This document shows positions 61,588 to 64,000 of a stretch of 64,000 nucleotides of DNA, one piece after another. Source of the DNA: Candidatus Gottesmanbacteria bacterium (GTDB lineage: Bacteria > Patescibacteriota > Microgenomatia > UBA10105 > UBA927); NCBI GenBank assembly GCA_963711735.1, contig CAVQFA010000005.1:269778-333777 (forward strand), in the 5' to 3' direction. Each line of letters starts with the position of its first letter. Position 1 is the first letter of the stretch. A program made the position numbers and the translations under genes. A model generated the notes under the pieces. That model did no database searches, was not told the origin of the DNA, and saw only the letters and a list, made by a program, of their open reading frames with translations.

Positions 61588-62445
61588 ATGTTGCCGATCC
61601 TTTTTACAATTGGTTCAATAAAAATATTCAGTCTTTCCGTGACGCTTGTTATTGCATGGCTCGTTTGGTCCTTTCTGTTCTGGAGGAAAATGAAGGATCT
61701 GGCAGTCGAAGAGGAAAAAGTATTTGACTGCATGTTCTATGCGACAGTTTTCTCCGTTGTACTGTCACGTCTTTTTTATATACTTGTTTTTCCTCAGGAA
61801 TTTACCCAAACGTGGCTTAAGATTGTTGCTATATGGGTAGCACCGGGCATGTCCCTGTATGGAGCAATATTCGGAGGTGTTTTAAGTATCGTTTTTATTG
61901 CATCACGGTTTAAAATCCGTATCGGATACATATTTGATGCGCTGGCATCATCTCTTCCGTATGCGCTCATGATCGGAACAATTGGGTCGTTATTGGATGG
62001 AACGGTTATCGGAAAACCTGCATCTCTGCCGTTTGCCGTATCGTATGTGGGGTATTCATCTCCCAGACATCCGGTTCAAATCTATCAGTTTATAGGTCTA
62101 TTTGTTATCGGAATAATTCTTTATGTGATTTCGAAAAAATCAACACAGGAAAAATGGCGGTATGGTCTTGGCGGCGTTTGGTTTTTTTTCTTATGGAGCT
62201 TGTTATTTTTTGTCCTTGAATTTTTTCGTGATTCTAATATATACTGGGCACACCTCACTCCGTCACAATGGGCGCTTATCATTATATTTTGCGAATCCGT
62301 CGGAGCGATATATATAAAGAGTAGTATTAAATATTCCGTATCCCGTGCATTTAGTCATGTGTTTACAGCATGGAATACACGTATAAAAAAAATATATGAA
62401 TCATCTCAGCGACGATTTCGTAAACAACATACGGATCAGACTTGA
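61588..62445 (+). CDS. lgt: Prolipoprotein diacylglyceryl transferase
   Basis: Multi-TM protein with the Lgt signature region (PASLPFAVSYVGYSSPRHPVQIYQFIG). Confidence 0.65.
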   Translation: MLPILFTIGSIKIFSLSVTLVIAWLVWSFLFWRKMKDLAVEEEKVFDCMFYATVFSVVLSRLFYILVFPQEFTQTWLKIVAIWVAPGMSLYGAIFGGVLSIVFIASRFKIRIGYIFDALASSLPYALMIGTIGSLLDGTVIGKPASLPFAVSYVGYSSPRHPVQIYQFIGLFVIGIILYVISKKSTQEKWRYGLGGVWFFFLWSLLFFVLEFFRDSNIYWAHLTPSQWALIIIFCESVGAIYIKSSIKYSVSRAFSHVFTAWNTRIKKIYESSQRRFRKQHTDQT

Positions 62446-62761
62446 AGAGGAGAAGAAAACACTAACTGCACGTATTGACGAACTAACCAAGCAGGATCCG
62501 TTTTCGGACCCCGAAAGAGTAAACGATAACGCGGCAAATGATGCAGAAGCGAATGAAGAATCCAGTCATGATCGGTTTTCAGCAATGATTACGGAACTTC
62601 ATGATAAGATTTCTGCTATAGATGAAGCATTGGGAGAAATTGCCGAAAAAACATACGGTACATGTAAATCATGCGGATCACCGATACCTGAGGACCGGCT
62701 TATAATCCTGCCGACTGCAGTTTTATGTACTGATTGTGAATCAAAAAAAGGCAACTTATAA
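62396..62761 (+). CDS. DksA/TraR-family C4-type zinc-finger protein
   Basis: CKSCGSPIPEDRLIILPTAVLCTDC four-Cys finger, preceded by a coiled-coil region. It overlaps the lgt 3' end by 50 nt. Confidence 0.6.
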   Translation: MNHLSDDFVNNIRIRLEEEKKTLTARIDELTKQDPFSDPERVNDNAANDAEANEESSHDRFSAMITELHDKISAIDEALGEIAEKTYGTCKSCGSPIPEDRLIILPTAVLCTDCESKKGNL

Positions 62762-62778
62762 ATATTTTTATTCCTGAC

Positions 62779-63504
62779 GTGAAAGCCCTCACAATTCCAA
62801 TCCTCTTTGAAGACGAGTTTTTTATGGCAGTTAACAAACCACCGAATATCGTTGTGAACAGGGCTTTGTCTGTCAAAGAAAAAACAATACAGGACTGGAT
62901 AGAAACGACGCAGACTTTTTTTAGGAAATACAGTTCAACAGACTCCACATCTGAATTTATTGAGCGTTCCGGATTTGTGCACAGGATAGATAAAGAAACA
63001 TCCGGCGTTCTTCTCATTGCTAAAGATCCCGAGTCTTTCCGGATTCTTCAGGAACAATTTAAGGATAGGACAATTCATAAAACGTACCGGGCTATCATTC
63101 ACGGAATTCTCAGTCCTGATAACGGTGAAATTCGTGCGCCGGTAGGACGTTTGCCGTGGAATAAGGAACAGTTCGGCATCGTTCCCGGAGGAAAAGATTC
63201 GGTGACGAAATATACGGTACTTCAGACATTTCGGAATAAACAGACAAACGAAGATTTGTCCTACGTCGAGTTATATCCTGAAACAGGACGTACGCATCAG
63301 ATACGGGTCCATCTCAAATACATATTTCATCCCATTATCGGTGATTATCTCTATGCAGGAAGAAAGGTATCAAAAAGAGACAGAACGTGGGCTCCTCGGA
63401 CAATGCTGCATGCCTATAAAATAGCTTTACATCACCCTCATACCGGCACCCCGCTTGAAATTCAGGCCCCTGTTCCTGATGACATGACTGCTATTCTCTC
63501 CTGA
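62779..63504 (+). CDS. RluA-family pseudouridine synthase
   Basis: Catalytic-Asp motif HRIDKETSGVLLIAKD and the conserved RTHQIRVHL. Confidence 0.8.
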   Translation: MKALTIPILFEDEFFMAVNKPPNIVVNRALSVKEKTIQDWIETTQTFFRKYSSTDSTSEFIERSGFVHRIDKETSGVLLIAKDPESFRILQEQFKDRTIHKTYRAIIHGILSPDNGEIRAPVGRLPWNKEQFGIVPGGKDSVTKYTVLQTFRNKQTNEDLSYVELYPETGRTHQIRVHLKYIFHPIIGDYLYAGRKVSKRDRTWAPRTMLHAYKIALHHPHTGTPLEIQAPVPDDMTAILS

Positions 63505-63516
63505 ATACGGAATCAT

Positions 63517-64000
63517 GTATGATAATAGTATGTCATCATTTTTTCTTCTTGCGACAACATTCGTTATCATCATTTCTGCACTCCTCGGAATACTTCTTTC
63601 CCGTATACTGAAAATTCCTACCGTAGCCGGATATATCGCGGCCGGAATACTATTCGGAATTATTTTTCCGGGATTACGTGCAGAATCTTCAATAGGCATT
63701 ATTGCGGATATCGGTGTTACTTTACTTTTATTCTCACTGGGAATTGAATTTTCACTCAGACGGCTGAAAAAATTACTTCCACAGGCGACGGTTCCGGTAC
63801 TTTTCCAAATTTTTTTAACTGGTACTATCCTGTATGGGATTTGCAGTCTGATAGGTATAACTTTTCCGTTGTCTTTATATATTTCCGGAGCATTCATTTT
63901 TTCTTCAACCGCTATTGTAATCAAAATTCTTGAAGAGGGTGGAGAAACAGAGGCTGTGTGGGCACATACTGCCACAGGATGGCTTCTTGTTCAGGATTTA
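63517..64000 (+). CDS. Monovalent cation:proton antiporter (CPA family), N-terminal part; gene continues beyond the window edge
   Basis: MYDNSMSSFFLLATTFVIIISALLGILLSRILKIPTVAGYIAAGILFG..., typical of Kef/NhaP-type antiporters. The ORF is open to the window end and is not in the ORF track. Confidence 0.55.

Noticed and set aside
63427-63975. 182-aa minus-strand ORF
   Set aside because: It is antisense to a clear cation:proton antiporter N-terminus on the + strand (63517 onward) and overlaps the 3' end of the rluA-family gene. I judge it spurious.

Overview
This is a gene-dense, low-GC bacterial window read with the standard genetic code. In-frame TGA, TAA and TAG all terminate conserved genes. 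The gene content is mostly housekeeping (rpsB-tsf-frr, rseP, proS, dnaX-ybaB, recR, rpsF-ssb-rpsR, ychF, hisS, dnaB, lgt), but several features point to a reduced, CPR/Patescibacteria-like genome. These are a group-3-like [NiFe] hydrogenase pair at the left edge, a mevalonate-pathway operon, shortened forms of EF-Ts and RF1, and extensive nucleotide salvage with no de novo synthesis genes. Features, in window order:
- Left edge: the hydrogenase pair, dcd, a secreted Trp/Cys-rich repeat protein, then glmS.
- A long run of nucleoside/nucleotide salvage and thymidylate-cycle genes: deoxynucleoside kinase, two tandem HAD hydrolases, an HD hydrolase, tmk, tdk, an unknown P-loop kinase, PNP, guaB, guaA, glyA, and further on an adenosine-kinase-like PfkB kinase, ahcY, 5-FCL, thyA and folA.
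- A bacterial mevalonate operon, mvk, a GHMP kinase fused to a Nudix-type IPP isomerase, then mvd. The mvd gene carries two single-nucleotide frameshifts.
- A tRNA-Leu(CAA) locus at 58501-58704 with one intact gene flanked by a 5' tRNA fragment and a D-loop-deleted tRNA-like copy.
- An RF1 homologue lacking N-terminal domain 1, directly downstream of an L31 gene with a Lys-rich tail.
- hisS with a +1 frameshift in a C-run near its 5' end.
- Smaller oddities: a small membrane-anchored Cys-rich peptide gene, an orphan PAS sensor kinase, a 300-nt structured gap upstream of rpsB, a triple direct-repeat candidate operator at 14530-14575, and recurring TACAAC heptamer repeats in two leaders.
I found no CRISPR array, integrase, transposase or recognisable defence system. 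The three frameshifts all sit in short homopolymers, so they may be sequencing errors rather than genuine decay.
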